A stretch of DNA of 64,000 bases from Octopus vulgaris (GCA_951406725.2 OX597818.1:37510001-37574000), one strand, 5' to 3'. Positions 42,790 to 57,232 are shown, counted from the stretch's first letter. Numbers and translations: made by a program. The notes: generated by a model not told the origin, from the letters alone.

Positions 42790-44160
42790 ATTATAATCTT
42801 TTATATTATAATCATATTTACAATTATTAAAGAATTTAATACTATTATTATATCCCGCCTCCCGCAAGGCTTCATTATAATAAGACGCGTGTTTTTGGAA
42901 AATCTCAAAATTAAAAGAAAGCATCGATATTCTTTTACCTATATTATGTATCAACGATTTTTTAATTGAGGGTAGGTGATTACTATTAGCATTAATATAT
43001 CTAAGGTTTTCATTAATTTTATGGAATGGTTGGGTTTTACCTGGTATTAAATTAAAATTAGCATCTAAATAATTAACATTATAGTTCTCTTTATATATAG
43101 TAATACCTAATCCATATCTTTAAAAAAAACTATATAGTTTATTCTTATATAATTCTAGTGTTTTATTGGTACAATTCTTAGTTATAATAAAAGGTCATCC
43201 CTATATAATCCACCCTCTAAATTTAATTTTTCTAATTGAAGTTGAGATAAATACCTACTAAATCTGTCACCTGGGCAGAATCGGATACCCCCATAGGTAT
43301 ATCAAAATAGTCTCTAGTATCTTTCCTAGCCCACAATTTATTATTATATCTAATCAACGATTTCTTAGCCGCTTTAACTACATTAAATTCATCATAAGTC
43401 ATTCCAACCTTATTTATTGCATAAATTAGGGCCTTATGGACTACAATCTCATTTATAGAAGAATAATAATTATCTATATCTATTTGAATGAATTTATATC
43501 TATTTTTATCTTTGGTATTATTAAACCATTTTAAAGTATCGTTAGTACTACTCCAAAGTTTTAGATAATTAAGTTCATTTAATCTATTAATATATTTATC
43601 TAAAATGATCTTAATTTACCTAGATCTGATTTACATGGACAAATAAGTCTAACTTTTGGATCAGAATAAAAATTATCCTTATGGTCTTTTAAAGTAATTC
43701 TAGGGTGCGTCGGTACATAAGGTTCAGTTTTATTGTCTAACTCATATTTTATCATGATTGATTTAGAGGCCTTATTTATATTATAAAGAGTATTTTCAGG
43801 AACAATTTTATATTTTTAATATATTCATTTCTCTAATAGATTATCATATAATTTAACATCTCTTTTATACAGGTTCCTAGTTTCGCATTTCTTTTATTCT
43901 AATAGCTAGATTTCTTAATGTGCCTCTTTGGGTATCTATGAAATTTAATATTTTTCACCACCTTCCAAATATCCTCTAAAACCTGTATTTCTCTATTATT
44001 CAGGGGTCCCTTTCTAGATTTAAGTTTAGTATTAATATAATTAGTACTCTCTACATTGTTAATATTAGATATGTTACAATTATTGTAGTAGGCTTTCCAT
44101 TTAATCCTATTAATACATTTTTTTACATTATTAATAAGTTTAAGATATTCCTATACCATC
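42790..44160 (-). pseudogene. Penelope-like element reverse transcriptase remnant
   Basis: LKWKAYY, KTRNLYK, ITLKDHKDNFYSDPKVRLICPCKSDLG, FIQIDIDNYYSSI, FDIPMG...DLVG, GLYRDD (YRDD at 43194-43205), YNEALREAGY; stops and frameshifts present. Confidence 0.88.
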
Positions 44161-44169
44161 TAGAAAAGA

Positions 44170-45200
44170 ATATATTTTGATCTCCTTGGCTAGTTGTATT
44201 AGCAAGACAGTAGGTAATACCTATGATCAAATTGAAGTTAACCACATGCAACATTAGTGTATCCCACACTGTGTTGCACCGGTAGAAGAGGACATTTGTT
44301 GCCTGGTCTTCTTGGATGAAAATCGCTATTTCTCCTTGTTTCCGTATTCTGTGGTCAGTTCTGAGTAATAAATAATCTGACATATGTACTTCCACATCCA
44401 ATATGTCTGGGGTCAGGTGCGTTTCACTTAGTGCTACACATATTGTCTTTTCTTGCTGTACGATGTCTCTCTTGCTGTACAAGATCTCTAAGGTATGATA
44501 CTTATGTTCAATTTATGAAGTGCGAAAGACCTTGTACATTCAGCATTATCATAGAGTTGAGTTTGAGGGTTAATGATAGCAATGGTAATGTGGCTGTGCA
44601 CTGGGGTAATAGCAGTAGTTGGTGCTGTATAAGAGCTAGAAGTTTTTTTTTTAATTTCTTTTGCCAGATTCATCATGATTTGCAGCTGTTGATTTTACAG
44701 TAGATGACTGTGTGACATGTGGGTTTCGATGAAAGTCTGGATCAATACTTCCACTGTAAGGGATATCTTTACTGTGGATTTGGTGATGATTTGAAGTCAT
44801 GCGTTTACTAGAGCATCGAGTCTCTAAAGGATTAGTGAAGGCACAGTCACACATCAGACATAATCTTTCGTGTTAGGAAAGCAACAGATTTTAGGATTCT
44901 GGGTTACACGTGTAGTAGTTATTAAGTGTGATTTAGCATTTAGCAGTGATGGTGGTGGTGGTGGTGGTGTTGTAAGATGTGTAGTTTGGTTGGTATTGTT
45001 TGTACGAACTGTGCATCTTGTCCTTGAGAAACGGGTTAAGGTGCAGTCACTGCGTATGCATAGTCTCACGCGTTGAGAATAGCGGCATATTTTGGGGTTT
45101 CGTGTATTCATGATTTTACTTTATTTACAGTTGGCAAATTTATCATGGAGCTATCAGGTATAATTCAGATTAAAGTGGATAGTAGGAGGAGGGCGAAAGA
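44170..45200 (-). pseudogene. 5' part of an APE-type LINE (Cys-rich ORF1 plus start of the apurinic endonuclease)
   Basis: ICVALSETHL...YLLLRTDHRIRKQGEIAIFI matches APE motifs; upstream PKICRY..C....C resembles a CR1-group ORF1 zinc finger. Confidence 0.75.
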
Positions 45201-45670
45201 AAGGAGTGGTTCTTCACTAATTTGAGTAGTAGTAGTGGTAATGGTAGTAGCAGTAGAATAGAATGACAATGGTGATGATGGATCTCTCGTGTTATTCTGA
45301 GAAGAATTTGAGTGTCCTGACTGTGGAGAAGACCTAGAGACTGTGGTGTTTAATAGGTCATCAATTATTCTAGTATTGAAGATTCCCTGCCAATGCCGAG
45401 CATATTACTGTTACTATTGTCTAGTTGTGATAAGAGTAATAGCAGTAGAACATAATGATAATGATGATGGGTCACCTGTGGTATTTCGAGAAAATGAGAA
45501 AGTGGAATACTACACAGGGAAGAGTTCTTGATTGTGGAGTGTAATATTTCATTAATTGTGCTAGCATCGAGGAGTGGCCGTGGGTTTTGTTGTTTTGTTG
45601 TTGTTACATTGCTGTTTTATATATATACTGTGTGGGCAGTCATCTAAAAGATTTTGTTCGTCATGATGCT

Positions 45671-45784
45671 GACATAAGTTCCTTGTCTTTCCTGATGAGA
45701 AGGCGGCATAATGCACTCCTTATTCCTTCGGAATTAGGAATATGCAGTCTTCGAAACATATGTCGAGAATAAAGGAATTTTGTT
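45671..45784 (+). ncRNA. Type I hammerhead ribozyme with extended stems I and II
   Basis: CUGAUGA 45692-98; stem II GAAGGC/GUCUUC extended by GCAUA/UAUGC and hairpin UCCUUAUUCC(UUC)GGAAUUAGGA; GAAA 45753-56; palindromic ACAUAUGU; GUC 45762-64; stem I UUUC/GAGA, 3x3 internal loop, then AAGUUCCUU/AAGGAAUUU. Confidence 0.88.
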
Positions 45785-45810
45785 AAATCGTCGTTCGACT
45801 CCATTCTTTC

Positions 45811-45866
<56 letters not shown>

Positions 45867-46514
45867 AAAGGAATTCCAACCTTGTCTGATTTTCACGTTT
45901 TATTTACAATCTTATAATGATATATTATAATATAATATAATAGAATAAAAAAAAATAGTAGAATGTTAAATGTTCATTCTCATTGAACTAGTACTTTCAT
46001 GCATTAAATTCTGCAATCTTTAGGTTCATGTAGTAGTGGTGACAGTCATGCTTCACAATTTTTGACTGTAGCGAGATGATTGAATCTGTGCCTTATATAT
46101 ATATAAAATACAAAATCCGTTCTGTCTGTGTGTGTGTCTTCTAGGATCTCGGGCATTCTCCATCCAATTGCGCTCAAATTTGATATGTAGATACTGACGG
46201 TATCAGGGCGTGTATAAGTCTTGAAAAAATTACAAAAATCGATTACAGGTGAGAATGCGATCGATAAAGCTGTGGGAACGTGCATTTGTACGCGCAAGTA
46301 CATCAGCTGTTGCAATCCATACTACGCATACGCAAGAAAAATGTACGGTGTCTCAAATTTTGGTTAAATCAGTGTTTCTCAAAGGGGAAGCCTATGGGAC
46401 GGTCGGACAAGTTGTTTTGAGAAAATTTGGTTTAAATGTTTGACAAATCAGCACCGTCCATTAGACGGGGGGGGGGGCGTTTTGCTCGTGTACACACACA
46501 CACACACATATATG

Positions 46515-46714
46515 TATTTCGTTTTGGGATTTGGTTTGCAAGATTCTTTATGTGAGTTCGTGTGTTGAAGCATATTCTGCTGTGTCTGAGGAGAGTCATT
46601 CTCTTTTAGTGTCTTATAATTTTACACACTCACCGGTAAAATTTCCACCCATTTACTTATTTATTTTTCTAAAAATTTTGGTTGCTTCTTGTAACCGTTT
46701 CAATAGTTGTTGAC
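46515..46714 (-). mobile_element. Repeat family E copy
   Basis: Homologous to the 22252 and 54055 copies; embedded in TG/TATG microsatellite. Confidence 0.8.
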
Positions 46715-47399
46715 TTTGTTCGTTATCCAAGCTGCATTCTTTTTGTTTGTGCGCATGTGTGTGGGTCAGTGTCTGTGCCATACACATGTATGTATGTATG
46801 TATGTATGTATGTATGTATGTATGTATGTACATATGTACGTATGTATGTATGCATGCATGCATGCGTCTGTATGCATGTATGTATGCGTGTGCGTATGTG
46901 TATATGTATGTGCGTACGTTTTTGTACGTATGCATTCTGCATATTCATGTTTGTGTGTTCGTGTTTGTGTATTTTTATGTGTGTGTGTTTGCATGTGTGT
47001 GTGTGTGTGTGTGTACCTCTGTCTCCTTGTGTGTACATGTCGTACTGTGTGTATGTCTAGGTTTTTGTGACTATGTATTGTGCGTGTATGTATGGATGTG
47101 TATCTCCATATGTGTGGACGTGTGTCTCCATACGTGTCCTTGTGTGAAATGTGTGTGTATATGATCATATGTTTCAGTCTTCATTTGCGTATGTATGTGT
47201 GTATGTGTGCTTGCCTGTTCATATTACCTATGTACCTATCCGTCAGTATGTCTATCTGTTTACATTCATATCCATTTGCCTACATACATATGCATACACA
47301 TATACATACATACATCTACATAACAGCCGACTAACTATTCTACCTGTATATAAATATAAACTGTGGATATGGGGGTATGATTACCTACTACGTATGTTT

Positions 47400-47769
47400 C
47401 CTATTTAGTACTGGGGATGTTTCATTTTTGAGGATGTCCTCCTGTATTTGTCTGAATGTTGGGTCCTTCGGGTATTTGGTTATTATGCGGATGTCAAGTT
47501 GACCCAGGTTGCCTCCATATTGGTCTTTAACATGTTGTTAGAGTAAGGAGGACTGTTTTTTGTCGTCATATTGTCTCAAATTTTCATTTAGTTATTCCGC
47601 GATGTTCCTAGATGTCTCCCCTATGCATGTCATGTTCATGTCTTTACAAGCACCTTCTATGCATCTTATGCTGTAAACTACATCTCTAGTTCTACAGTTA
47701 ATGCCAAGACTAATCCTACATACCATGCAGTTATCATTGGTGCATATGCACCCTCCGTTCCCGAGCTCT

Positions 47770-47770
<1 letters not shown>
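47400..47770 (-). pseudogene. GIY-YIG endonuclease remnant of a Penelope-like element
   Basis: CTNDNCMVC...CRTRDVVYSIRC...C..MTCIGETSRN...QH...DPTFRQIQE...PVLN; one internal stop. Confidence 0.8.
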
Positions 47771-47823
<53 letters not shown>

Positions 47824-48202
47824 GGTTTGGTTATATTTCATACAGTTAATGGGTTTCAAGGGGTCAGCCAAGATTTCAGCCAAAGGGATTCCCAATTATT
47901 AAAATAGATCAACTGTTATTCGTCAAATTAGTGAAAAATACTAAATTAAAAATAAATGCTAGATGATAATTATATTTGAGGGTGGGAAGGTTCGACCGAA
48001 TCCAAAGGCTCTCCTGGCAACATATGTCTGGTCTGGTCTGATCTAGAGATGACCTAGAAGAAAAATGTATTCCTACCGTATAATTTTACATTTAACACTT
48101 ATTATGAAAGGGTCAAGCAGGGACAAGAGTTGGGCTGTGTGCTTAGGGTTGCATTTGACCTTAAACCGACCCTACATACTGGGCATTTTCTATTCATTGC
48201 TC

Positions 48203-48620
48203 GGTGAGCTGGCAGAATAGTTAGCGCATCGGACACAATGTTTAGCGGCATGTCATCTAACCCCTTACGTTCTAAGTTCAAATTCCGCTGAAGTCGACTT
48301 TGCGTTTCATCCTTTCGGAGGTTGATAAAACAGGTACCAGTTGAGTACAAAATTCTAGACCGTATGCCCTCAGTAGAAAGAATTATTATTACTATTTTTT
48401 CGTATATAAAGGCGGTGAGCTGGTAGAATCATTAGCACATTAGACGAATGCTTAGCGGTATTTCGCCCGTCGCTTTGATATGAGTTCAAATTCGGCCAAG
48501 ATTAACTTTGCCTTTCATCCTTTCGTGGTCGATAAAATAAATACCAGTTGAACACTGGGGTCGATATAATTGACTCATCCCCCCCTCCAGAATGGCTGCC
48601 CTTGTGGCAAAATTTGAAAC
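48203..48620 (+). mobile_element. Two older SINE family A copies
   Basis: Heads GGTGAGCTGG at ~48203 and ~48414, diverged bodies. Confidence 0.8.
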
Positions 48621-48786
48621 CGTTACTATTTTTTCGTATATATATTGTGTAATTTTATCTACCATAATATGAAAAACCCATTGCTAATCAGAGGTGAAAA
48701 CCTCCACCTTGCTAGCTTGCTTGTTCTGTGAACAGGGAATCATTCTTAAAGAACATACGCAAAACGGGACGCTACTTCTACATGGC

Positions 48787-48858
<72 letters not shown>

Positions 48859-49386
48859 TGTATGTGTGTGTGCGTAGAGAATTAGTGGTTGTGATTAGAT
48901 CGTGGTTGGAATTGTTAGGTAGCTTTAGATAAATAATCTTAAAATGCGGCGGAGGAAAATCCTTTTGTCCCGTAATCAGCTGTTCTGCGAAAATAGGTCG
49001 CATAACTAGACGATTCATGCATCATACACGTACACACACACACGCGCACACGGAACACGCATCCATACATGCGTATAAATGCGTATGCATTCATTCATAT
49101 ATAACATAACTTAAACACAAACACTCACATAAACTCGTATACACACACAGATATATGTATGTATGTGTATATGTATTGTATAAACAATGTATACACATAC
49201 ACGCACATACTTTTACACACACACACACACACACGAACGTACGCACGCACGCATGAACGTGTGTGGGTATTTGTGTACAAGCGTAACACGTTCACGTTCG
49301 AAATCGTAGATAAACACTACCGCTCAAATAAGCGCGTATACACGAAGACACATGCGAACGCATATACGGACACATAAACGAACGCA

Positions 49387-49485
<99 letters not shown>

Positions 49486-50200
49486 CAGTTATTACTCACT
49501 CGCACACATACCGCACATAAATGTATCTTCAAACTCTTTGCGCTGCTGACAAATGCGATGCGTTTCTAACCCATTCCTCTCTTAGATGAAGAGAGCCGTC
49601 ACTATCGTATGTGTGGCACACACACACACATATATATATATATGCATGCAAGAGAGATAAATAAATATGTGTTTGTGAGCGTATTTTATCAGTATTTTTC
49701 AGTGTACGCTAGTGTGTATGTTACTACGTGCAGTTGGAGGGGATATCTGCGCTTGCGCGTACGGCGTGCGTGCGTGTTCCTCCAGTTTTTTTCGTCTTCT
49801 TTTATATGTTTCTTTACCGCGATGGTAAGGGGGTTTCAGCGATAGTGTGAAAACAAGCTAACTGTATGTGTGTGCGTCTGGAAAGCAGTGATGCTATCGT
49901 GAAAAGCCCAGCTAGTATGAAGAAACTACTATGCGAAGCATCATCGCAACCGTTGCTCCAGCCCTTTAAACAACTATTACCAGTTTCTAAAATGCTTTTT
50001 ATCCGGTGACATGGAGTTTTACCGCCCCATCTAGCGATCATCATCATAAAGGTTAGTTTTATACTTTTAAGTTATCTTAAGAGAGAGAAAATGAAAAAAA
50101 TCAAAGCATCGATAAAATATATATATATAGTCATCGTATTTTTTTTAGTTGATTTTATAAATATCGTATGTTGTATATTTCGCTCTCTGTACCTCATGAA

Positions 50201-50602
<402 letters not shown>

Positions 50603-51465
50603 CTTGTTGTCTGTCTAATGATCTATCTGTCCGTCGGCGTATCTATTTGTTCTTCTATCATACTCTTTTTCGCTCTGGTTCTTAGAAATCGACCCTTCAG
50701 TCTTAGGGAACATATAGCAAATGGGATAGATAGCCACTGCCATTTGGAATCTGAGACCATAGATATTTTAAACGAAAGACTCACGTGGGAGTCCTGTAAA
50801 CAAGAGTGGGAATGCTCACTACCACATGTTCCATGTATAAGCAGATATCTGCGAATGTGTATTTGTGTGTGTGCATATATATACGCACACACACACACAC
50901 ATACACAACTACGCACACACACACACAATGCCGGTACACATGTGGCAGTAGTCACATTTTACTAAGGCAACAATTTTATAGGAAAATTCGAAAACAAACT
51001 AGGCCGAGTACTACTCATGGTAGACGTCAGACAGACACAAACATACGTATAGACATACACATGCTAGTATACACACACACACATTGATCCATATGCATAT
51101 ATGCATGTACACACACACACACACACATATGTGTGACGGCTAACATTGTCATAATTTTTTATTTTATTTGGGGCGGGATTATAATGGAAGGAAGGCATCT
51201 GTGATTTATTTAAACTCAACTGTTTGTATTTATCTGTGTCCCCTCGTCCCCTGCGAGGAAAAAAGAAAAGATTATCTCTTCTTCTACACCTATATCTTTT
51301 CTCATTTTTAAAAAAAATCTTCGTCTCCATTTCTCATTTCTCCTTTCTTTCATTCTGTCGCTCTCTCGCCCCGTCTCTCACTCTACAAATACACACGCAT
51401 GTGTGTGTGTTTGTGTGTGTATGTATATATATATATATACAAATATATATGTATATACATGTGTA

Positions 51466-51508
<43 letters not shown>

Positions 51509-51522
51509 GTATGTATATACAA

Positions 51523-51584
<62 letters not shown>

Positions 51585-51791
51585 TTACAAATATATATGT
51601 ATATACATGTGTATGTATGTATGTATATATTTACAAATATATATGTATATACATGTGTATGTATGTATGTATATATTTACAAATATATATGTATATACAT
51701 GTGTATGTATGTATGTATATATATACAAATATATATGTATATACATGTGTATGTATGTATGTATGTATATACAAATATATATGTATATATA

Positions 51792-51822
<31 letters not shown>

Positions 51823-52008
51823 ATACAACTAGCTAGTTTGCTTATATATATATATACATATATATTCTTTTACTTGTTTCAGTCATTTGACTGCAGCCAT
51901 GCTGGAGCACCACCTTAATATATATATATATATATAACGATATGGCGAGTCATATCTATATCTGCATATACTGCATGTAATATACTTTACATATATACAG
52001 CCCTGTGA

Positions 52009-52052
<44 letters not shown>

Positions 52053-52446
52053 CATCACACACATACATATGCGCACATATTTGTTGCACATTCTAAAAAA
52101 AAAAAAGAGCACAACACGTGTGTGTGTGTGTATATGTGTGTAAATAAATCTACGAACGTTATACGATTCTCACATTTTTTTTTAACCAATCTTTTTTTCA
52201 CAGAGTGGTCCATAAACATCCCTACTCTGATTTTCCGCTGTTGTCTCGACACGGTATGAAATTTCCCACCACACACACACTCGCTCGCACGCACACATAC
52301 ACACGAGCACACACACACACAAACACATACTCACAGCAGAGCATATCTATGAAACGGCTTGCGGTTTGTTTGTCCTTAGGTCAGCCCCGTTGGAGCAGAC
52401 AAGACAGACTTTATTATATTATATATTCCAGCTGTGCTCATCCCAT

Positions 52447-52630
52447 CTCTTCCTTTCTTTCTTTCCTTCTTTCCTTCCTTTTTTCTTTCTTTCTTTTTTC
52501 TTTCTTTCCTTCCTTTTCTTCTTTCTTGCCTTCCTTCCTTCCTTCCTTCTTTCTTTCCTTCTTTTTTGCCTTCCTTCCTTCTTTCTCTCCTTTTTTTGCC
52601 TTCCTTCTTTCTTTCTCTCCTTTTTTGCCT

Positions 52631-52670
<40 letters not shown>

Positions 52671-52745
52671 TTTTTTGCCTTCCTTCTTTCTTTCTCTCTT
52701 TTTTTGCCTTCTTTCTTTCTTTCTTTCTTGTCTTCTTTCTTGTCT

Positions 52746-52788
<43 letters not shown>

Positions 52789-52790
52789 AT
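52447..52790. repeat. (TTTC)n/(TTCC)n polypyrimidine tract
   Basis: Direct reading. Confidence 0.95.
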
Positions 52791-53033
52791 ATCTGTGATT
52801 ATATTGTCCAACGTGCATCCCTTCTATTAAGATGGTATAATGAAGATCTGTGGGAGATTTGGTTGCTATTTTTAACTGGTCGAGTGATCGCTTGAGAGGT
52901 GTTTCTTCGTTGGCTCCACTAAAAATATTTTGATCTTTAGCCTTGGTCAGGTATAGCCGAGAAGACCGATTCATGGAGAAAGACGTTCCGACCGTGAACA
53001 TCATGTTTATATATTTATTTATTTATTTATTAC

Positions 53034-53432
53034 GGCGGCGAGTTGGCAGAAACATTAGCACGCCGGGCGAAATGCTTAACGGCATTTCGTCTGCCGTTAC
53101 GTTCCGAGTTCAAATTCCGCCGAGGTCGACTTTGCCTTTCATCCTTTCGGGGGTCGATTAAATAAGTACCAGTTATGCGCTGGGGTCGATATAATCGACT
53201 TAATCCGTTTCTCTGTCCTTGTTTGTCCTCTCTGTGTTTAGCCCCTTGTGGGTAGTAAAAAATGGGTATTTCGTCTGCCGCTACGTTCTGAGTTCGAATT
53301 CCGCCGAAGTCGACTTTGCCTGTCATCCTTTCGGGGGTCGATAAATTAAGTACCAGTTATGTACTAGGGTCAATCTAATCGATTGCCTTCACTCCCCAAA
53401 AATTTCGGGCCCTTTTGCCTACAGTAGAAAAG
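53034..53432 (+). mobile_element. SINE family A dimer (young tail, then old tail)
   Basis: Same architecture as 41369. Confidence 0.9.
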
Positions 53433-53599
53433 CATATTTATTCAATTATTAAATATCAAGCACTGCAAGGTGTCTCCGTCTACCTTCATTTTGCTATTTG
53501 ACTTGAGAAGAGATTTAGCTGCTACATCTAGCAGGCTAAGCGACCGCGAAGACGCCCTCTCGTGAAGCGAGTAAATAAACTCGGGAAGTCACGAAGCTT

Positions 53600-54028
53600 T
53601 TACTCTTTTTACTCTTTCTCTTTTACTTGTTTCAGTCATTTCACTGCGGCCATGCTGGAGCACCGCCTTTAGTCGAGCAACTCGACCCCGGGACTTATTC
53701 TTTTTGTAAGCCCAGTACTTATTCTATCGGTCTCTTTTGCCGAACCGCTAAGTAACGGAGACATAAACACACCAGCATCGGTTGTCAAGCAATGCTAGGG
53801 GGACAAACACAGACACACAAACAAACACACATACATATATATATATTTATATATACATATATACGACAGGCTTCTTTCAGTTTCCGTCTACCAAATCCAC
53901 TCACAAGGCATTGGTCGGCCCAGGGCTATAGCAGAAGACACTTGCCCAAGATGCCACGCAGTGGGACTGAACCCGGAACCATGTGGTTGGTTAGCAAGCT
54001 ACTTACCACACAGCCACTCCTGCGCCTA
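53600..54028 (-). mobile_element. SINE family B, full length
   Basis: Close to the 16567 copy. Confidence 0.92.
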
Positions 54029-54054
54029 TTGTATATTTTTAAAGCATTCCATTA

Positions 54055-54252
54055 CTTCGTTTTTGGATTTTGTTTGCAAGATTCTTTATGTGAGTTCGCG
54101 TGCTGAAGCATATTCTGTTGTGCCTGGGGGAGAGTCATTTTCTTTTTGTGCCTTATAATTTCACACACTCACCCGTATAATTTCCACTTATTTCTTAATT
54201 TTATTTTCATAACATTTTCGTTGTGTCTTGCAACATTTTCAATAGTCTTGAC
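54055..54252 (-). mobile_element. Repeat family E copy
   Basis: Homologous to 22252 and 46515. Confidence 0.8.
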
Positions 54253-54518
54253 TGTCCGTTATTTACACTGCTTTCCGTTATATTTTCTTATATACTAGCA
54301 TTCGTACTTGCGTGTATACATATGACGCGCACGCACACACACATACACACACACACAGACACACACACACACACACACACATACACACACACACGAACTA
54401 CATATACACCCTCGCAGACGTATGCCTATGCTGGAAACAAGCCATTTTGCAAATGTTTGGGAGTCTCTTTGTATCTTTGTATTACACACGCTCACACACA
54501 CACATATATATATATATA

Positions 54519-54906
54519 AGGGAAGGAAGCACTCCGTCGGTTACGACGACGAGGGTTCCGGTTGATCCGATCAACGGAACAGCCTGCTCATGAAATTAAC
54601 GTGTAAGTGGCTGAGCACTCCACAGACACGTGTACCCTTAACGTAGTTCTCGGGGATATTCAGCGTGACACAGAGAGTGACAAGGCCGGCCCTTTGAAAT
54701 ACAGGTACAACAGAAACAGGAAGTAAGAGTGAGAGAAAGTTGTGGTGAAAGAGTACAGCAGGGATCACCACCATCCCCTGCCGGAGCCTCGTGGAGCTTT
54801 AGGTGTTTTCGCTCAATAAACACTCACAACGCCCGGTCTGGGAATCGAAACCGCGATCCTACGACCGCGAGTCCGCTGCCCTAACCACTGGGTCATTACG
54901 CCTCCA
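54519..54906 (-). mobile_element. SINE family C, tRNA(Arg)-like head, inserted in (TA)n
   Basis: TGGAGGCGTAATGACCCAGTGGTTAGGGCAGCGGACTCGCGGTCG...GGTTTCGATTCCC: A and B boxes with TCG at the anticodon position; a diverged copy on the plus strand from ~54943. Confidence 0.8.
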
Positions 54907-55144
54907 TATATATATATATATATATATATATAGATATACACACTGCTTAGTGTGTAGGGTGTTGTACTCATCGCTAGATTGTGATTTCAATTCCTAGACC
55001 GGGTGGTGCGTTTTGTTATTGAGAGAACGTTTCATCTCTCGTTGCTCTGCGATCACTTCGACACCTGACGCATGCGCTTGTTCATACACCGTCGATTTGT
55101 GCAGGTCGTTGGGTAAAATCATAGCGCTCATGCGTCGTGTTTGA

Positions 55145-55676
55145 TGCTAGAGCACCGCCTTTAGTTGAGAGCTAATCGACCCCAGGACTTATTCTTTGTA
55201 AGTCTAGTACTTATTCAATCGGTCTCCTTTGCCGAACCGCTAAGTTACAGGGACGTCAACACACCAGCATCAGTTGTCAAGTGATTGGGGGGGGGGGGGA
55301 ACACAGACACACAAACATACACCCCCCACACACATATATATATACATATATACGATGGGCTTCTTTCAGTTTCCGTCTACCAAATCCACTCACAAGGCTT
55401 TGGTCGGCCCGAGGTTATAGTAGAAGACACTTGCCCAAGGTTCCACACAGTGGGACTGAACCCAGGACCATGTGGTTGGTATGGATGAAATCATTATTTA
55501 ATGAATTTACTAGTGGCCAGCATACTAAAAATACCATAATGATTAATTTATATTAAAATTATAATACGGGTGTCGAAGGAGTGGCTGTGTGTTGGGCAAG
55601 TGTCTTCTACTATAGCCTCGGGTCGACCAAAGCCTTGTGAGTGGATTTGGCAGACGGAAACTGAAAGAAGCCCGTC

Positions 55677-55724
<48 letters not shown>

Positions 55725-55918
55725 CTGTGTTTGTCCCCCAACATCGCTTGACAACCGATACTGGTGTGTTTACGTCCCCGTAACTTAGCGGTTCGGCAAA
55801 AGTGAGCCGATAGAATAAGTACTAGGCTTACAAAGAATAAGTCCTGGGGTCGATATGCTCGACTAAAGGCGGTGCTCCAGCATGGCCGCAGTCAAATGAG
55901 TGAAACAAGTAAAAGAAA
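55145..55918. mobile_element. Head-to-head SINE family B pair (55145-55480 minus; 55576-55918 plus)
   Basis: Homologous to family B in opposite orientations. Confidence 0.88.
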
Positions 55919-55934
55919 AATATATATTATATAA

Positions 55935-55984
<50 letters not shown>

Positions 55985-56020
55985 GTGCAAGTACACACAC
56001 ATGCACACACTGATCGAATA

Positions 56021-56247
56021 CAGTAACTCTCGACTATCACGTGTATTACGTTCCCCCACCCCACCTGCGATAGGTGAAAATCCGCGAAGTAGAAACAGTA
56101 CTATATTGTTTATATTTATTATTATTATTACTATTATTTGTGTATATTTATTTTATATATAAATGCAAAACAACAGCACGGAGGAATCGACGTAAGCTTA
56201 AATAATAAACCGCGATAGGTGAACCGCGATAAGGTGAGGGATTACTG
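56021..56247. mobile_element. pogo/Tigger-type MITE
   Basis: TA-CAGTAACTCTCG...TGAGGGATTACTG-TA; internal repeated GCGATAGGTGAA motifs. Confidence 0.8.
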
Positions 56248-56647
56248 TAAGCAGACAACAGTGGATGAGCAACAGGCAACTGGTGGCCAATTGCATTTAT
56301 AGATAGTAAACAAAACATATATGCCCATGTGCACACGATGAGGGCTGATCTCAACCAACGACACTTTTTCGTTGTCATATATATATATAAATGCTTGGAC
56401 ATATACAATACATGTGTGTATGTGCAGTGATGTGTTTGAATTACCCGCGTTACGGATGTGCTGCGTTTCTGAAAACTTTGTTGCAACATAGGATTCTGTA
56501 ACGTGATGCTCATTTCCCCAAAGGTTTTCATGTGTTCCGAAGATGTTTTTTTGATGATGGTGGTGGTGGTGGTGGTGGTAAGGGTGGTAGTTACTCATTC
56601 TTACGTATTAAATAACTATTTACAATATAACTAAATCATCATATGTA

Positions 56648-56935
56648 CGCTGTGTAGTAAGGAGATTGCTTCCAAACCACATTGGTTCCGGGTTCAATCC
56701 CCACTACGTGGCACCTTGAGCCTTGTGAGTGAATTTGGTAGATGGAAACTGAAAGAAGCCTGTCGTATGTATATATATAGGAGTGACTGTTGGTAAGTAC
56801 CTTGCTTCCCAACCACGTGGTTCCGAGTTCAGTCCCCACAGCGTCTCACTTTGGGCAAGTGTCTTTTACTATAGCCTCGGGCCCACCAAAGGCCTGTGGA
56901 TGGATTTGGTAGATGGAAACTGAAAGAAGCCAGCC

Positions 56936-56978
<43 letters not shown>

Positions 56979-57183
56979 TGTGTGTCTGTGTTTGTTCCTC
57001 CCCTCCTACAATCGCTTGACAACCGATGTTGGTGCGTTTATGTAACTTAGCGGTTCGGCAAAAGAGACGGATAGAATAAGTATTCAGCTTAGAAAGAATA
57101 AATCCTGGGGCCGATTTATTCGACTAAAGGCGGTGCTCCAGCATGGTCGTAGTCAAATGCCTGAAACAAATAAAAGGATAAAA

Positions 57184-57185
<2 letters not shown>
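56648..57185 (+). mobile_element. SINE family B, partial copy plus full copy
   Basis: Homologous to family B. Confidence 0.85.

Positions 57186-57232
<47 letters not shown>

Noticed and set aside
46090-46490. Helitron-like 5' end (TATATATAAAA...GTCTGTGTG)
   Set aside because: No hairpin plus CTRR 3' end found.
54830-54906. tRNA-Arg gene
   Set aside because: The cloverleaf is imperfect and it continues into a SINE body; it is a SINE head.
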